Source: Candidatus Bipolaricaulota bacterium
GTDB lineage: Bacteria > Bipolaricaulota > Bipolaricaulia > UBA7950 > UBA9294
Direction: 5' to 3'
Length of the DNA stretch: 36,934 bases
Assembly (NCBI GenBank): GCA_034718095.1
Contig: JAYEMK010000013.1
Span: 10,696 to 47,629 of the forward strand
Shown: piece by piece, positions 26,524 through 35,147 of the stretch
Position numbering within the stretch: position 1 is the stretch's first letter
Layout: each line of letters starts with the position of its first letter
Translations under genes and position numbers: made by a program
Notes under the pieces: generated by a model
The model's input: only the letters and a program-made list of their open reading frames with translations
What the model was told of the DNA's origin: nothing
Database searches by the model: none

Positions 26524-27845
26524 GATTCTTTGTGCGTGGATGGTTGCGCTGGCTCTACCCAGGGATGCAGGTCAAACGGTGGTTGATCCTCGCCATCCTA
26601 TCGATGGGGTTGTTCGTGGTTGGATTACTGGGATGGGCAGGTAAGGATAGGATCAGGGAGCTGTATTACCTTTTCCCGCAGGGTGAGCTAGGACAACGGG
26701 TCATCATAGGCCTTTCCCTCCTGGTTGGTGGAACTGGGTTTGCCATAGGGGTAGGTCGCATGGTTCACTCTATCTCGAAAGGGGTGGCCCCGGATAGGCC
26801 AGAGAAGACCTCGGCGCTTATCTATCGGACCCGGTTGCTCGAACGCGGTCCCAATGTGGTCGCATTGGGAGGAGGAACTGGCCTATCTACCATCCTTCGC
26901 GGTTTGAAAGAGCTGACCTCCAATGTAACGGCTGTGGTCACGGTGACGGACGATGGTGGTAGCTCTGGGCGGCTGCGGACGGAGTTCGATGTGCTTCCAC
27001 CGGGGGATGTCCGAAACTGCATTCTTGCCCTTGCTGAAGATGAGGAGCGGTTGGCGCGGTTGTTTCATCACCGGTTTCGCGGGGGGAGCAACCTTGAGGG
27101 ACATGCACTGGGTAACCTGCTCCTGGTCGGGATGGAGCAGGCCACCGGGGGGTTCGACCGGGCGATCGAGGAGATGAGCCGTATCCTCAATGTTCGTGGT
27201 CGGGTATTACCGACGACCCTGGCCAAGGTCCACCTCGTTGCCCAGATGGATGATGGGGGCAGGGTGGAGGGGGAGAGCAGGATCACCGCTGACCCCCGTG
27301 GCATTGACCGTATCTTTCTCTCTGCGGCTCGCGTTCCTGCTCATGATCTGGTGTTGGATGCGATCAGCCATGCTGACCTTATCCTGCTCGGGCCGGGGAG
27401 CCTGTATACAAGTCTTATTCCCAATCTTTTGGTTGAGGGGGTGGCGGCGGCGATCGAGGAGGCAGCGGCGGAGAAGCTATACATCGCCAATCTGATGACA
27501 CAACCGGGTGAGACGGTGGGTCTTTCTCTTAAAGATCATCTTCGTGTGTTAAACGAGTATGTCAGGATCAGCCGGTTTGACGGGGCGATCGTCAATGTTG
27601 CCCTCCCCCCTCCGGCGGCGATGGCCACCTATCAGGAGGCATCGGTAGGGCCGGTCAAGAACGATCTGGAAGAGGAAAATGAATACCAGTTGCCCGTTAT
27701 CAGGGCTGAGCTTTTGGAGACAGTGGAGCTTGAGGGGAAACTGACGGTAAAACACGATCCTCGCAGGCTCGCACTTGCAATCGCTCGCAACAGCCGTGCC
27801 TTCTCTCCCATGCGCTCACCCCTTGATCACGATAAGCGGGCGTAG
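26520..27845 (+). CDS. yvcK: YvcK/CofD-family (UPF0052) gluconeogenesis/cell-shape factor with an N-terminal membrane extension
   Basis: 441 aa with VVALGGGTGLSTILRGLK and the YvcK core pattern. About the first 100 aa carry hydrophobic segments. The ATG overlaps the dnaE TGA (ATGA). Confidence 0.85.
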   Translation: MRFFVRGWLRWLYPGMQVKRWLILAILSMGLFVVGLLGWAGKDRIRELYYLFPQGELGQRVIIGLSLLVGGTGFAIGVGRMVHSISKGVAPDRPEKTSALIYRTRLLERGPNVVALGGGTGLSTILRGLKELTSNVTAVVTVTDDGGSSGRLRTEFDVLPPGDVRNCILALAEDEERLARLFHHRFRGGSNLEGHALGNLLLVGMEQATGGFDRAIEEMSRILNVRGRVLPTTLAKVHLVAQMDDGGRVEGESRITADPRGIDRIFLSAARVPAHDLVLDAISHADLILLGPGSLYTSLIPNLLVEGVAAAIEEAAAEKLYIANLMTQPGETVGLSLKDHLRVLNEYVRISRFDGAIVNVALPPPAAMATYQEASVGPVKNDLEEENEYQLPVIRAELLETVELEGKLTVKHDPRRLALAIARNSRAFSPMRSPLDHDKRA

Positions 27846-29276
27846 CCGTGCCACTGTACGGTTGATCCCGCTCGCAGTGGCCGCATTCACCACTCGCTCT
27901 ACGTCTTTGTAAGCGCCAGGTGCCTCCTCCGCTACCCCGCGCATGCTGTGGCTGCGGATGATGATCCCCGCCTTTTCCAGGGCCTTTTTTACATCCTCTC
28001 CCCAGAACCGCTTGGCCGCTTTCTTGCGCGACATTCCCCGCCCCGCCCCGTGTATTCCACTTCCGAATGTCTTTTCCATTCCGATCTTTGTCCCACGCAT
28101 CACATAGGAGGCGGTTCCCATCGTCCCGCCGACGAAGATCGGGTGACCTACTGGACGGTAACGGGTCGGTACCTCGTCACTTCCCGAGGCGAACGCCCGC
28201 GTGGCCCCCTTGCGATGCACAAGGAGCATTTGTGGTCTCCCGGCTACAGTGTGTCCTTCGATCTTTGCGTTGTTGTGACCAACTTCGTACACCGTGTGCA
28301 CCTGTTTGTCTGGCAGGCCGAGAACGTGGTTGAAGGAGCCACGGACAAGGTGTGCGATCACTTGCCTGTTGGCGAAGGCGCAGTTAGCACCACAGCTCAC
28401 TGCACTCAGGTAGCGCTTTCCTTCCTCGCTTTCGATCGGGGCACAGACAAGCTCCCGCTCCCGAATCGGGATATTATAACGCCTGCTCGCCCCTTCCATA
28501 ATCGGCAGGTAGTCCTGGCCGATCTGATGTCCGAGGGCGCGGGACCCAGTGTGGATGGATATCACTATCTGGTCCTCCCACAGGCCATAGGCGGCAGCCG
28601 CGGGTTTGTCCAGCACCTGTTCTACCACCTGCACCTCGACGTAGTGGTTGCCTGAGCCAAGGGTTCCCACCTGACGAAACTGTCGCTGCTTGGCGCGCTC
28701 GCTAACCGTTGCTGGATCGGCCCCGGCCAGTTGTCCATTCCCTTCGATGTAGGCCAGATCCTCCTCTGTCCCATAGCCTCGCTCGACCGCGAACCTGGCC
28801 CCGGCTTGGAGAAGCTGATCGATCTCTCTTATCGAGAGCCGAAACTCTCCCTCCGATCCCAGCCCGGCGGGGACAGAGCGAAACAGGTCATCGGCGAGTT
28901 TGGTAGACTTCCCCGCCAGCTGGTCGCGTGAGAGGGGGGTGGCAAGCATGCGCACCCCGCAGTTGATGTCGAAGCCAATCCCGCCCAATGCCACCACCCC
29001 GGTGTCGAGCCCGAACGCTGCCACCCCCCCGATTGGAAAGCCATAGCCAGGATGGACGTCGGGCAGTGCCAGTGCGGCGGTGACGATCCCCGGCAGGCAG
29101 GCGACATTGCGCACCTGTCTAAGGGCATTCCATTCTTTTCCCTCCTCAATATCTGCCTTTAGTTGCTCGATTGTGCCTGGATCAGCGATGATCCGTCCGG
29201 GGACGTGCATCTCCCCGGTCCTTGGAAGGGCCCATTCTACTGATGAGACCTGTTCCAGCGTAAACTGCTCATCCAT
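27816..29276 (-). CDS. rtcB: RNA 3'-phosphate/2',3'-cyclic-phosphate ligase RtcB
   Basis: Motifs DVHPGYG, GFDINCG, LGSGNHYVEVQ, HTGSRALGH, HRKGATRA and the C-terminal ...IVIKG. The ORF track extends to 29399, but ATG 29276 has an AAGGGGG Shine-Dalgarno and lies 10 nt after the archease stop. Confidence 0.92.
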   Translation of the reverse strand: MDEQFTLEQVSSVEWALPRTGEMHVPGRIIADPGTIEQLKADIEEGKEWNALRQVRNVACLPGIVTAALALPDVHPGYGFPIGGVAAFGLDTGVVALGGIGFDINCGVRMLATPLSRDQLAGKSTKLADDLFRSVPAGLGSEGEFRLSIREIDQLLQAGARFAVERGYGTEEDLAYIEGNGQLAGADPATVSERAKQRQFRQVGTLGSGNHYVEVQVVEQVLDKPAAAAYGLWEDQIVISIHTGSRALGHQIGQDYLPIMEGASRRYNIPIRERELVCAPIESEEGKRYLSAVSCGANCAFANRQVIAHLVRGSFNHVLGLPDKQVHTVYEVGHNNAKIEGHTVAGRPQMLLVHRKGATRAFASGSDEVPTRYRPVGHPIFVGGTMGTASYVMRGTKIGMEKTFGSGIHGAGRGMSRKKAAKRFWGEDVKKALEKAGIIIRSHSMRGVAEEAPGAYKDVERVVNAATASGINRTVARLRPLIVIKG

Positions 29277-29286
29277 CTCTACCCCC

Positions 29287-29709
29287 TTAGATATCCACGA
29301 TGCATTGGGCGATCCACTTTTCCGGCAGCCGTGAGACGCGCAGCCCAGAGTATGTAGCCCCCTTGACCTCGAGTTTGATTCGGTGCCGTTTGGGATCAAG
29401 TGGCTCTCCCCATCCTGTGCCCTGCAGATTGAGGAGATCCTCCTGGTGAACGATCTTTACCGCAAACTGTGAGGGTACGATCCCTGAGATGTCCCCCTGA
29501 CTGATGAGCCCTCCAAGCCATTCCACGAGCAATAGATCGAGCCTGGACGCGGTTACCTCCACGTCGATCCTCTGGGCAGGTACTACCTGATCGATGTCCA
29601 CCATCAGATTGAACACCGCGCGCGCTGCAGCACAGAACGCCTCTTCCACCGTTTTCCCGATTCCCCGTATGCCTATGTCAGCCGTGTGGTCGAGATATTC
29701 AAACGGCAC
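29287..29709 (-). CDS. Archease (RtcB activator)
   Basis: FEYLDHTADIGIRGIG N-terminal motif and archease length. The likely start is GTG 29709, preceded by GGGGGA. The ORF track start at ATG 29745 would overlap thpR by 47 nt. Confidence 0.85.
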   Translation of the reverse strand: MPFEYLDHTADIGIRGIGKTVEEAFCAAARAVFNLMVDIDQVVPAQRIDVEVTASRLDLLLVEWLGGLISQGDISGIVPSQFAVKIVHQEDLLNLQGTGWGEPLDPKRHRIKLEVKGATYSGLRVSRLPEKWIAQCIVDI

Positions 29710-30268
29710 CGCTTTCCCCCAGTGGGAAGGAAAAAATTGGGGCATAGTCTGCCCCGGTTCTGGTGAGCCTGCTTTGCATCAGGACGATGCGGTCAATGGA
29801 CAGCGGCAATCCCGCAGGGGGCTTAGACGAGCGGATCGTTTCAGCCATCGATCGGTGAGTCCGTCCCTTGATCCTGGCGAGGGTGATGTGGGGGATGGGG
29901 TCATTTCGCTCGGCGGGGAAGCCAACCGGTGACAGTTCACGATTTACAGCCTCTGCAAGCCTGAGGAAATGCCCCGTTGCCGGTCCGCCAGCCCAGACCA
30001 CTCGTGGTCTTGCAAGAGAGGGAAACGCACCCACTCTGTCTATGGGGACCACAAACGAATCGAGCTCATCAGCGATGTTCCGGCAGGCCTGCTCGATCCT
30101 TCTCACAAGCTCTGGTTTTATCTCACCGAGGAACCGCAGCGTAAGATGGAGGTTCTCGGCTGGGACCCAGGAAGCGCGTACATCTATCCCTTGGTGCAGC
30201 CTGCTTGAGATATCGGATAGTTTTCCCCTCAGAGGTTCAGCGATCGGAACACATAGGAAAGTGCGCAC
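29699..30268 (-). CDS. thpR: RNA 2',3'-cyclic phosphodiesterase ThpR/LigT (2H phosphoesterase)
   Basis: Two HxTx motifs (HLTLRFLG and HITLAR) at the expected spacing. The probable start is GTG 30268, giving (M)RTFLCVPI, preceded by GGGGGG. The ORF opens at TTG 30289. Confidence 0.85.
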   Translation of the reverse strand: MRTFLCVPIAEPLRGKLSDISSRLHQGIDVRASWVPAENLHLTLRFLGEIKPELVRRIEQACRNIADELDSFVVPIDRVGAFPSLARPRVVWAGGPATGHFLRLAEAVNRELSPVGFPAERNDPIPHITLARIKGRTHRSMAETIRSSKPPAGLPLSIDRIVLMQSRLTRTGADYAPIFSFPLGESGAV

Positions 30269-30300
30269 GGTGCCCCCCAAATTAACCAAGATTGTTCGAT

Positions 30301-30572
30301 GGCCTGTGCATGGCCCTATCGTGATGGGACAACAGGCGCTGCATGGACAGCCAGCTCAGGTCAAGTAACCCTCTAACACCCACAGAGACCGGCTTACCGC
30401 TGCTCCCTTCCGGGCCTGACGGGGTTCACCAGCATGCGCCGCAGAGGACTCAGCCCTCAACACCGCTTGTCCGAGACCGGACCCTATTGCACTATCCCTC
30501 CAGTGGCCCTTCGGCTCCACTGTAGCGGGTTGTGGATGTAGGGGACCGCTAGCCCCCCACCTAGCACAGGCC
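30301..30572 (-). ncRNA. ffs: Signal recognition particle RNA, long (Alu-domain-containing, Bacillus-type) form
   Basis: The minus strand contains the domain IV core GUCAGGCCCGGAAGGGAGCAGC with a GGAA tetraloop. A 9-bp terminal helix (GGCCUGUGC/GCACAGGCC) closes a molecule of about 272 nt. The 5' part (GUGCUAGGUGGGGGGCUAGCGGUCCC...) resembles the Alu domain of Gram-positive scRNA. The ends are approximate. Confidence 0.8.
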
Positions 30573-30660
30573 TGGCGGAGGGGGCGGGATTCGAACCCGC
30601 GGTGCCCGTAGGCACACCAGTTCTCCAAACTAGCGGTTTAGACCGCTCGCCCACCCCTCC
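30573..30660 (-). tRNA. tRNA-Ser (anticodon GGA), class II with long variable arm, CCA encoded
   Basis: Hand fold: acceptor GGAGGGG/CCCCTCC, anticodon stem CTAGT/ACTGG, loop TTGGAGA, variable arm GTGCC-TAC-GGCAC, T-arm GCGGG-TTCGAAT-CCCGC. The D-stem has one C-A mismatch. Confidence 0.85.
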
Positions 30661-30671
30661 GTATTTACCAC

Positions 30672-30700
30672 ATTTTAGAACCAGCCAGGGGGTAAGTCAA
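30672..30700 (-). promoter_or_regulatory. Putative promoter for tRNA-Ser/SRP RNA (TTGACT-17 nt-TAAAAT on the minus strand)
   Basis: Near-consensus hexamers with 17-nt spacing. The predicted start site lies about 5 nt before the tRNA-Ser 5' end. Confidence 0.5.
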
Positions 30701-30754
30701 CTGATTTATCACCTGGAGTGATATTTCGTTATTGGTTAGACTGAAAGAAAGATG

Positions 30755-30826
<72 letters not shown>

Positions 30827-30837
30827 AATACAAGACG

Positions 30838-30866
30838 ATTATAGCGACCTGGATTTCACTCATCAA
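30838..30866 (-). promoter_or_regulatory. Putative promoter for tRNA-Thr (TTGATG-17 nt-TATAAT on the minus strand)
   Basis: Consensus -10 with 17-nt spacing. The predicted start site lies about 5 nt before the tRNA-Thr 5' end. The -35 lies 12-17 nt from the divergent rqcH ATG. Confidence 0.5.
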
Positions 30867-30877
30867 CCGGAGGCAAG

Positions 30878-32482
30878 ATGGATGGATTATCGATTGCGGC
30901 CTCAGTCCATGAGATTGCCGGCTCGATTATTGGTGGCTCAGTCCGTGCGATTTACGAACCGGCAGCAGGGGTATTCACCTGGCGTTTGTTCGCTGGACGG
31001 GAGGTAGGGCTCCTTGTCTCCCCTGCGCGGGCACGGTTTCATCTCACCTCCCTCGAGCTTCGCAATCCGGAGCGGCCATCCCCGTTTGTCATGTTATTGC
31101 GAAGGTTTCTGCGGGGGGGAAGGATATCCCGGGTTGAGCAGCGGGGCTGGGACAGGGTGGTCAGGATAGAGGTGGAATCTGGCTGTTCCACCGGGGCCAA
31201 AAGATTTTTCCTGGTTGCTGAGCTCATCGGCCAACATGGCAATCTCCTCCTCCTGCAAGACGGGAAGGTGATAGCCTCCCTTCGCCCCAGTGCACGCAGT
31301 ACCCCCGGGGCCCGTTATCGTCCACTTTCCAGCCAGGGGAAAATTGCCCCGGAGAGACTCGACGCGGCAGCGTTACGCCCCCTGTGGGATGAGTCAGGCC
31401 CCCAGCCTGGAGACGAGGCCATGGAAAAGGGGCTGGTGAATCTGGTGGACGGGGTTGGGAGGGCCACAGCGAGGGCCATTTTGGCACGCGCAAGGGCTGA
31501 TCCAATCGGGGCTCTTGAGGAGAGGCTTCGCCGGGCACTCTCATTTGTCCTGGCCAGGGTGAACGATCCTGAGCCCGAATACTGCCGGCGGGAGGGATTC
31601 GCCTCGTTTTTCCCTTTGCTTCCCCCCGGTGAGCGGATGGGGGATTTCCACGCCGCACTTGATCTTGATTATCGTGAGAGACAGGATTCATCAGGGGCCA
31701 GTCAGGAATTGGCCAGGCTCCGTAGGGGACTCACCCGGGCGGTTAATCGGCATCGAAGGGCGATCGATAGGCTGCAGGTTGGCCTAAAGCAAGCGAATGA
31801 GGAGGAAAGACTTAGACAGCACGCCGATACGATCATGGCAAACCTGAGTGGGCTTCAAGGTAAAATGAGCGAGGCGGAACTCCGCGATCCGTACCGCGGC
31901 AAACAGGTGAGGATCGAGCTTGATCCCCGCTTGAGCCCGGTGGAGAATGCCCAGACCATGTACGAGCGGGCAAAGCGTCTTAGACGCGGTCGAGCGAAGA
32001 TAAAGGAACGATTGAGACGATTCACCACCCAGCTTTCCCTTCTCGAGAGGGAATTGGCCAAGGTCAAGAGCGGGAAAAGGCCGAGTTCAATAGCGGTTTC
32101 TCCCATCCCTTCCTCAACAGGTGCCAGGCAACGTACGTCCAAATCTCGCCCCAAGGTATACATGATCGAGGATTATCAGGTGCAGGTGGGAAAGAATGCG
32201 GCGCAGAACGATGTCCTGTTGCGGCAGGCAAGGCCGGACGATCTGTGGTTGCATGCGAGGGGGATCCCCGGGGCACATGTGATTATTCGCCGTCACGGTA
32301 GGGAAGAGATCCCCGATTGGGTGTTAACCCAAGCGGCAGGGCTCGCTGCCGCTCATTCTACGGCCCGGGGGGAGGGAAAGGTCGAGGTAAGTTACACCCC
32401 GGTAAAATATGTACACCGGCCGAAAGGGACGCCGGCGGGGTTTGTTATCCTTAAACAGGAGGCTACACTTATGGTAAACTAA
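30878..32482 (+). CDS. rqcH: Ribosome quality control protein RqcH (NFACT family, Rqc2/FbpA homolog)
   Basis: 534 aa. It has an NFACT-N domain with the conserved GGRI...DR motif (LRGGRISRVEQRGWDRVV), a central coiled coil and a C-terminal NFACT-R/DUF814 motif (DDLWLHARGIPGAHVIIR). Confidence 0.8.
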   Translation: MDGLSIAASVHEIAGSIIGGSVRAIYEPAAGVFTWRLFAGREVGLLVSPARARFHLTSLELRNPERPSPFVMLLRRFLRGGRISRVEQRGWDRVVRIEVESGCSTGAKRFFLVAELIGQHGNLLLLQDGKVIASLRPSARSTPGARYRPLSSQGKIAPERLDAAALRPLWDESGPQPGDEAMEKGLVNLVDGVGRATARAILARARADPIGALEERLRRALSFVLARVNDPEPEYCRREGFASFFPLLPPGERMGDFHAALDLDYRERQDSSGASQELARLRRGLTRAVNRHRRAIDRLQVGLKQANEEERLRQHADTIMANLSGLQGKMSEAELRDPYRGKQVRIELDPRLSPVENAQTMYERAKRLRRGRAKIKERLRRFTTQLSLLERELAKVKSGKRPSSIAVSPIPSSTGARQRTSKSRPKVYMIEDYQVQVGKNAAQNDVLLRQARPDDLWLHARGIPGAHVIIRRHGREEIPDWVLTQAAGLAAAHSTARGEGKVEVSYTPVKYVHRPKGTPAGFVILKQEATLMVN

Positions 32483-32502
32483 CGGGCAAGGGGCGGTAGG
32501 GG

Positions 32503-33195
32503 ATGAGTTTTCTTAGCAGTGCGCTTAATATCATTTTGTCATTGGTGGCGGTATTCACCGCGATTGTACTACATGAGGTCTCACATGGCTATGTCGCCTT
32601 CCGGCTCGGTGATCCCACCCCGAAGCAGCGCGGCCGCCTGACGTTGAACCCACTTGCACACGTCGATCCGATCGGGACGATTCTCGTTCCACTGGTCCTT
32701 GTACTGTTTAATTCTCCGATACTTTTCGGTTGGGCAAAACCGGTCCCCGTAAATCCGAACTACTTTCGCAACCCGTTCAAAGGGATGCTTTATGTCGCCA
32801 TTGCCGGGCCTCTTGCGAACATCGCCCTTGCAGTTTTGAGCGCGGGGATCGGGCGGCTAATTTTAAGTGCGCTGTCCGTCTCCCTGCCCATCGGAAACAC
32901 ATTTGGGGCAAACCTGATGAGCGCCGGCTTTTATCTGCTGGGGGTATTTGTCATCATGAACGTTATCCTCGCCGTGTTTAACATGATCCCCATTCCCCCA
33001 CTTGATGGGTCGCGGGTGCTTACCTATTTTCTCCCCCCCGAGGGACGCAGGATCATGATCATCCTCGAGCGTTACGGGTTTCTCATCATCCTTGGATTGC
33101 TGATGTTGGGCGCGATCCAAGGGCTATTCAGTCTTGTAAGCGGGCTGTGGCAGGGGCTGCTCGGTAGAGAGTGGCTTTATTTAATCGTTGGTTGA
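32503..33195 (+). CDS. Site-2 protease family (M50) intramembrane zinc metalloprotease
   Basis: 230 aa and polytopic. HEVSHG (HExxH) lies in the first transmembrane segment and FNMIPIPPLDG (NxxPxxxLDG) in a later one. Confidence 0.8.
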   Translation: MSFLSSALNIILSLVAVFTAIVLHEVSHGYVAFRLGDPTPKQRGRLTLNPLAHVDPIGTILVPLVLVLFNSPILFGWAKPVPVNPNYFRNPFKGMLYVAIAGPLANIALAVLSAGIGRLILSALSVSLPIGNTFGANLMSAGFYLLGVFVIMNVILAVFNMIPIPPLDGSRVLTYFLPPEGRRIMIILERYGFLIILGLLMLGAIQGLFSLVSGLWQGLLGREWLYLIVG

Positions 33196-33200
33196 TTTCC

Positions 33201-33229
33201 TTGCCCATGGGAATATCCGCTCGTATAAT
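33201..33229 (+). promoter_or_regulatory. Putative tig-clpP promoter (TTGCCC-17 nt-TATAAT)
   Basis: Consensus -10 with 17-nt spacing, about 65 nt upstream of the tig GTG at 33294. Confidence 0.45.
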
Positions 33230-33293
33230 CACGCCATTGAAGGAACAGCACATTGTATGGTAGAGAAATAAAAATATCAGGAGTGATTCTTAA

Positions 33294-34544
33294 GTGGTGA
33301 ATAACCAAGCAAGTTACAAGATAAAGGAACGTTCCGCAACCGCAGTCACCGTAGAGGTGAGTATCGATCCGCAGCTGCTTAAAGATAGGCTTGGGGCGAT
33401 CTATGATCGCTATTCTAGAGAGGTATCGATCCCCGGTTTTCGCAAGGGGCATGTACCGCACAGCTTCCTCGAGACGCGCTTTGGCAAAGAGGTTTTTTTG
33501 CAGGATGCCCGTGAACAGCTGCAAAAGGAGCACCTACCCAAGGCGTTGGCTGAGCTTGAGCTTTCCCCTGTCTCCCCACCGGAGTTGAAGACGATATCTG
33601 CGGAAGAGGATCCCTCGTTTGTGTTTGAGGCCAGCCTGGCTGTTCTGCCGGAGTTCGAACTTCCTGACTATCGTGGCATCGAGCTTGCCGTGCCGCCGGG
33701 GGATAAAGTAGCAGAAGAGGACATTGAGGCCGCCCTGGAGGAGACCCAGCGGCAGCATGCCACACTCGTTCCAAAGGATAGGAAGACCGTCAGCGAAGGG
33801 GACATAGTTAGCGTAAAAGCTGGGGAGGAGGAATGGGACATGCGGGCAAGTAGGGGACACCCAGTGACCTCCAGGTTGATCGGGAATGATATCGGGGTCA
33901 CGGTTGAGGTAGATCTTCCCACCTCAGGCGAAAATGTCGTTCCAGCTGAGCTTACGATTGTTGGGATAAAGGAGATCGAGCTTCCTGAAATAGATGATGA
34001 ATTGGCAAAGGACGCAGGTTATGAGGACCTTGCTATGCTTCGGGAGGGGCTGACCGATGAGATCGAGGAGAGAGGGGCTCGCCAGCGGGAACAGGACATA
34101 AAGGTCAAACTCCTCGACTGGGTCGTCCGGCAAACCGATCTCCCCCTTCCTCAGCCACTGGTGGATCAGGTCGCTGCCGAGGAATTTACCAAGTTCAAAC
34201 AGAGTTTTGAGCACCCTGGGGCTGCCACCACATTTGCTGATTACCTCGAAGAGGAAGACAAGGACGAGGAGACGATGCGGACTGAATACAAAAGGCGGGC
34301 TGAGAAAAGATTGCGGCGTGAACTTGTGCTCAGGCGGATCGTGGAAAAAGAGGGCCTGCAGATAGATGATGCAGGGCTCGATGAGATAGCAAGAAAAGAC
34401 GCAGAGGGAGAGGGGAAGGATCCGCTCAGGTTTGTGGCACAGTTAAAAGCGGACGAACATTGGGAGGACTTCCGCCGAGCAAAGTTAAATGAGCGTGTCT
34501 TCTCTATCCTGTATGCCGAGGCCAAGATCAAGGAGGGAGAATGA
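33294..34544 (+). CDS. tig: Trigger factor
   Basis: 416 aa. N-terminal ribosome-binding domain with GFRKGHVP, a central PPIase-like segment and an acidic C-terminal arm domain. It sits in the conserved position before clpP. Confidence 0.9.
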   Translation: MVNNQASYKIKERSATAVTVEVSIDPQLLKDRLGAIYDRYSREVSIPGFRKGHVPHSFLETRFGKEVFLQDAREQLQKEHLPKALAELELSPVSPPELKTISAEEDPSFVFEASLAVLPEFELPDYRGIELAVPPGDKVAEEDIEAALEETQRQHATLVPKDRKTVSEGDIVSVKAGEEEWDMRASRGHPVTSRLIGNDIGVTVEVDLPTSGENVVPAELTIVGIKEIELPEIDDELAKDAGYEDLAMLREGLTDEIEERGARQREQDIKVKLLDWVVRQTDLPLPQPLVDQVAAEEFTKFKQSFEHPGAATTFADYLEEEDKDEETMRTEYKRRAEKRLRRELVLRRIVEKEGLQIDDAGLDEIARKDAEGEGKDPLRFVAQLKADEHWEDFRRAKLNERVFSILYAEAKIKEGE

Positions 34545-35137
34545 GCGCCCAAATTCCTTTTGTTATAGATCATACCGGTCACACCGAGCGCACCTACGAT
34601 ATCTATTCGCGTCTGTTGGAGGATCGCATCGTCTTCCTCCGTGGACAGATAGACGATCCGGTGGCAGACGTCGTCATCGCCCAGATGCTGTTTCTTGCGG
34701 CCAAGGATCCGTCAAAGGACATAAAACTGTACATAAACTCCGTCGGCGGGTCTGTAACGGCTGGCTTTGCCATCTATGATACCATCCGTTATGTGCAGTG
34801 TGATGTCTCCACGATCTGCATCGGGCAGGCGGCGAGCATGGCCGCAGTCCTTCTGGCCGCAGGCACCAAGGGAAAACGGGCGACACTGCCCAACTCGCGA
34901 ATCCTGATCCATCAATTACTGGGTGGATTTCAGGGGCAGGCGACGGACGTCAAGATCCAGACGGACGAGCTCATGCGGGTGCGCAGCCGGATAGACCACA
35001 TTCTTGCCCACCATACCGGCAAGAGCATAAAGAGGATAGCCAAAGATACGGATCGGGACTACTATATGTCGGCTGAGGAGGCAGTGGATTATGGGTTGGT
35101 CGACAGGATCATCTCACCCAAGCCTGAAGAAGGTTGA
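34541..35137 (+). CDS. clpP: ATP-dependent Clp protease proteolytic subunit
   Basis: 198 aa with YDIYSRLL, catalytic Ser in GQAASMAA, His in IHQLLGG and Asp in DTDRDYYM. The ATG overlaps the tig TGA. Confidence 0.95.
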   Translation: MSAQIPFVIDHTGHTERTYDIYSRLLEDRIVFLRGQIDDPVADVVIAQMLFLAAKDPSKDIKLYINSVGGSVTAGFAIYDTIRYVQCDVSTICIGQAASMAAVLLAAGTKGKRATLPNSRILIHQLLGGFQGQATDVKIQTDELMRVRSRIDHILAHHTGKSIKRIAKDTDRDYYMSAEEAVDYGLVDRIISPKPEEG

Positions 35138-35147
35138 TGAATAACGG

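Noticed and set aside
29277-29399. 41-codon N-terminal extension of the rtcB ORF (track start 29399).
   Set aside because: It would overlap the archease coding region by more than 100 nt and encodes non-conserved sequence. ATG 29276 has a good Shine-Dalgarno, follows the archease stop by 10 nt and gives a normal-length RtcB.
30343-30628. 60-aa (+) and 90-aa (-) ORFs between thpR and tRNA-Thr.
   Set aside because: They overlap the SRP RNA and tRNA-Ser. The region is explained by structured RNA genes, and the translations look random (R/A/G/P-rich).
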